Shown here: in pieces, positions 52,586-56,872 of the stretch | How the letters are laid out: every line of letters starts with the position of its first letter | How positions within the stretch are numbered: position 1 is the first letter of the stretch | From: Octopus bimaculoides | Lineage: Eukaryota | DNA length: 56,872 nt | Assembly (NCBI RefSeq): GCF_001194135.2 | Contig: NC_068986.1 | Location: 23,928,813 to 23,985,684 of the forward strand | Direction: 5' to 3' | Made by a program: the position numbers and the translations under genes | Notes under the pieces: model-generated | What the model was told of the DNA's origin: nothing | What the model saw: only the letters and a program-made list of their open reading frames with translations | The model's database searches: none

Positions 52586-54648
52586 CTTAAATAAAGGACC
52601 AGCAGCAAAACTACACGCATGGAGAAAACTACATGAAGAATGATGAACACAGCTAAATATGACTAAGCATGAAAACGATCAAAGATAACCAATGACCTCA
52701 AGCAACAGGAAATACAAAAGAAGTTAAGATTAACACTACAGCAATACTGGCGGATGGATAATAACAATGTCATAATTAGAAAAAAATGTACTTAAAATTA
52801 ATCATGAATTGAGTCTCAACTCATGACAGACAACAAATATGAACGTAACAACTTAGATTACAACTACAGTTCAATAAATCATAAAACAATAGAAAGGACG
52901 AAGTATAAAGTGAAGGATAAAATGTATAAGAAAGGGAAATAAAAGAACTTGGTAAAAAATACGAGATCGAATTAAAGCACTCATTGAAAGAATAGAACAC
53001 AAATCTTGAAAGTATTGGGATAAAAAGATGAACAAAAACAAATACAAGCAAAGGGGATCGATTAAAAGAATCAAAAGCAATCGTGAATGAAATCGACAGA
53101 TGATATGACCAGAACGAAAATACTCCAGCGTTGATGGAAGATGTGAACCCGAAATATTAGAATGATTCACTTAAATCACATAAGTTGTGAAGAAGAAATA
53201 ATATAATTAAAAGATTGATCCTACGACATAGAACCAAAGATATTACCATCAATACAGAATAAGGATGCATTCGAAAACACAGCACGTATGACAGACACCA
53301 AACACCAGAGTCATAGAGTACAACTCTGGAAAATATCTATACAATACCAGCAAGGAAGAATATAACAAAAATAACCACAACAACCAGGACAATGGGGAAA
53401 AAACCGACACACGGACACACAAATGGACAGAAAAGAAAACTATATAAAAAAACAAGAACTCAGAATCATTGCAAAGGAAATAAGTAAATATAAATCCAAA
53501 AAATAATCAGAAATAGCCAATGACAAAAGCAAAAAAGAAAGTATTCTTTTCGGACGTAAGATAACTAAGGATAAAGAACATTATTTTTCAACAAGGAAAA
53601 TAAAAAGCCATATAAAAATTGTATAAGATTAAGCAAGAAGGATGACATAAAACAGAGTGAATGAAAGGTAAAAAAAATATATACATAGGGTTGAGAATCG
53701 AAAACAAATAACTAGTATTATATAACCTAACAGACAGAAATAGATAAGATATTAAACAGGCTGAAATACATAATGAACGATTCAGCGTACATAATATAGC
53801 TAAATAGGAAGACACAAAAATTCAACAAAAATATAAGGGTAACAGATTATATCTCATGAAAATAAGCCTGTATTAATATCAAAGTAAAACTGAAAGATCG
53901 CCAACCCCGACAAGTACATTGAGAATGAAACAAGACAAACAATAATCTGAAAGATAATCATGAAGTTAGATTGACATACATAAACGTTACTTTAGATAAT
54001 GACAACCGCAACAATGTCTCAAAAGGTGTATACGACTACCATTTGTACAATATTCTTTAATGAATACTATCAAAAGGAAAATTAGAAGAAATTTCTCCTA
54101 AGATAACGTAAGGAAGGATGGGTAGCTACATTTATATCAAAGGAAAACAAACACATTACAAGATCATAGTAGATTACACAAGAAGGAAAACAGTAACACG
54201 GAGTCAAAGAATAGAACAGAAACAAAATTACAAGTACAGAATTAGAGGGGAAAAAAACAATCAAAAGGAATGATGACAAGAACTGCAGACGATATAAAAA
54301 ATAATATGACTAATAATACAACAATATTCAGTGATGAACAATGGAATTAGAATTTATTTCGAATAACAATAAACTATGAAAATCAACTAATATGTATAAC
54401 AAATACTAACACCTAAAATGAAGAAAAAATATTGCCTAAATTGCAGAACTAAGAATATATTCAAAACATCTATACAAACATTCATAGCGTTATTTTATAA
54501 AAACATAAACAAATATTCAAACAAAATACGAAAGATGCAGACTATAACTTAAGAATAACTTAGGAATATCAGCATACAATAACATCAAAGTTGAATTTAA
54601 TAGCATGAAAAAAATGACTGAAAGCAATGAAAAGAACGTACAAGGAAG

Positions 54649-54753
54649 AACCATGACATAAAATGGACATGATAGTATCTGTAGAAGATGAAGAGAAGAA
54701 AACCATGACATAAAATGGACACGATAGTATCTGTAGAAGAAGAAGAGAAGAAA
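54649..54753. repeat. 52-bp tandem duplication (2 mismatches)
   Basis: aaccatgacataaaatggaca(t/c)gatagtatctgtagaaga(t/a)gaagagaagaa x2. Confidence 0.93.
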
Positions 54754-56159
54754 AGAAATTGAAAATGGACAAAAACTAAAAACTGTATAAGACGAAGACA
54801 ACCGTAGAAGATAAAAAAGTGGTAATGTAACTTTCAAAAATGAATAGCGGCAAAAGCAACATTACAAGAATTATCTTCTGTGATGGATAAACCATGCAGA
54901 ACAACAAATACAAGTAAACGTTAACAAAACAATTCTACAGTATATAAATAAGAAAACGAGAAATTAAGTCAGCTATATAGGACTTCACTTCTAATAATAT
55001 ATTATATGTTAATATCTGTCTTCACAACGACATTCAGAGAAGCTCAGTATACGTGTCACCATCCATTCGATGAAACCATCCATTCCTTTCACACATCAAT
55101 GACCCAGGTTTTGTGAAAATGGTGCCTATATGCTCTCCTGTTTAAGGTACATTGTCCCACAGGGAAGATGTTAACTTCTACGTGATATCCCCAACGAGTA
55201 GCCTATAACAGTTTCGTAAATGAAAGCTCTCTTCAGATATTTTTGTCAGAAAGTTTCTCTTTTATTTTCGTTGAAATCTCGCAGGAGGTACTTGCCATTA
55301 CTACATCAGGTAGAATGGAATTTTGGACTTCATTGAGCTTCCGTTGAAAGTTTTCTATTTATGTAATGAGTTTTCGAAGAAAGCACAACTGGTAGCTTCA
55401 TTGTAAATATTCACGAAGAGTAATTGGCAGAAGGTTACCGTCAATTTTATAACACTTTCGCTTTTCAATATTTCCTCTAAGCATGTCATTTCAGTGTCTG
55501 ATAACAAATAGATTTTTTCCCTCAAAGGTAAAATTTCCCATTTGCTGAATAGTAAATATTCCATATTCGTTAATGAGTCTACTAAGAGATTATCGCAGAC
55601 TAAAACTGTTGCAAAATGGATTTCTGTTTTATGCACCCACTTAATATTTATTTATTCCTAACCGTATTAACTTTGTGGCGCTAAATTCCTTTTGCATTTT
55701 ACTCTGTACTGACGGTCGAATTTTAAAAGGAGCAACTTGTCCAATATTCAGTCTACGGGGGAGATTTTCACTCATGCATAAGAGGTGCTGTTCGGGGATA
55801 CATGCATATATACAAAACTAAAAATATATAAATACCTATATATACATACATAAATATGCATACATATATAAATATACAAAAACATAACACAGCCATATGA
55901 TTAAAAAAAAAATTTCAAAACAGGAATCATCCCAATAGTCAAGGATTTGTCATGTCATCCCAATAGTCAAGGCTAGTCGTGTCATCCTTGAAATCTAAGA
56001 TAGATACTCGAGTAAAATTACTAATAGAGAAACGAAAATAAACTTTAGAAACAGCAACGCCACCATAGGTTACGTGGAAATGATGAACGTGTTTTCAAGG
56101 GAGATAATCAAAGTGCGTAACATTGTAATACTTCATGTAAAGTAAATATAACAAAGGAA

Positions 56160-56355
56160 AAATCCTTCAAGAATCTAGAAAAAATCCCGGATCACTACCA
56201 AAATTTCATCATCTGTTCCTTGTGTCATTAGCAACTCTTCCGGCAAGGTTCATCAAATACCATTCACAACGTCTTGAGTTATTTCGCACACAGACAGACA
56301 ACGGACATACTAACAATGATGAAAACATAATCTCCTTCCTTGGCGGGGGGAAAGT
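56160..56355 (+). mobile_element. Helentron-like (HINE-type) 3' end
   Basis: ggatcactaccaaaatttcatcatctgttccttg...ttgagttatttcgcacacagacagac...gaaaacataatctccttccttggcggggg resembles the metazoan ...aacataacctccttggcggaggtaa terminus I recall. Confidence 0.55.
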
Positions 56356-56429
56356 ATTAAAAGTGAAACTACTGAACTTGAAACCATATAAAAGTGAAAC
56401 TAGTATATCACATTACAATGGAGATGTTG

Positions 56430-56633
56430 TTTAACATTTGACACGTAATACCGAAACAGTCTATGAGATTACTCCGGGCTCGCATTAGGCAAGAAGTTGA
56501 ACATTTTTTGTGGCCCATGACAATCCATGGACAATAAGTAATGCATGTCTAAAACTTGAATGAAATCGGTTGGATAGTTCTCGAGTTTAGTGGTGCACAC
56601 ATACAGAATCATAGACAGACACAAATTCTCAGT

Positions 56634-56640
<7 letters not shown>
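56430..56640 (+). mobile_element. Helitron-like non-autonomous 3' fragment
   Basis: aacttgaatgaaatcggttggatagttctcgagtttag...acagacacaaattctcagttatatatat resembles Lep1-like Helitron ends; not verified. Confidence 0.4.
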
Positions 56641-56668
<28 letters not shown>

Positions 56669-56795
56669 ATATATAAGTACATATATGTGTGTACGTGTGA
56701 GTGCGCGCATGAGGGTGATAGACGTGACCCGACGCCGTCAAACTCAATTCTCAGTACACTGGTCCACGAGAGACTAGAGTGAAAGACACACACAC

Positions 56796-56796
<1 letters not shown>

Positions 56797-56828
<32 letters not shown>

Positions 56829-56872
56829 TGTATGTATGTGTGTATGTATGTATGAATGTATGTATATATATA
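56797..56872. repeat. (TATG)n microsatellite
   Basis: Directly visible. Confidence 0.95.

Noticed and set aside
54555-54600. LLYAD on the minus strand as an RT YADD motif
   Set aside because: Reads LLYADIP; no other RT motifs nearby; expected by chance in T-rich sequence

Overview
Eukaryotic, AT-rich, repeat-dense genomic DNA from a short-read assembly; most of the many N-gaps sit next to (TA)n/(CA)n tracts. The SINE, MITE and microsatellite make-up looks to me like an octopus (coleoid cephalopod) genome. That is inference from recognised repeat sequences, not a database result. I cannot support any intact host protein-coding gene, tRNA, rRNA or CRISPR array. Most ORFs in the supplied track are microsatellite or gap artefacts. 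Supported content: (1) a decayed Penelope-like element (RT thumb plus GIY-YIG) at 29-1575; (2) a LINE ORF1 remnant with a CCHC knuckle at about 8.2-9.0 kb; (3) an R4/Dong-type element at 17.85-19.35 kb (minus) that keeps its N-terminus, zinc finger and restriction-like endonuclease but lacks the RT, and carries a SINE insertion; (4) two CR1-like fragments; (5) about 18 copies from three SINE families, three with clear TSDs; (6) a mariner MITE, a 306-bp fold-back element and Helentron/Helitron-like pieces. The most unusual feature is a cryptic, strand-asymmetric, highly diverged tandem array at about 47.5-55.0 kb. Its repeats align in frame on the minus strand as hydrophobic, membrane-protein-like units (YD...GYI...LILLI..K.K) that differ by several synonymous changes. 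This suggests a decayed repeated membrane-protein coding array of unknown origin, and it needs computational testing.
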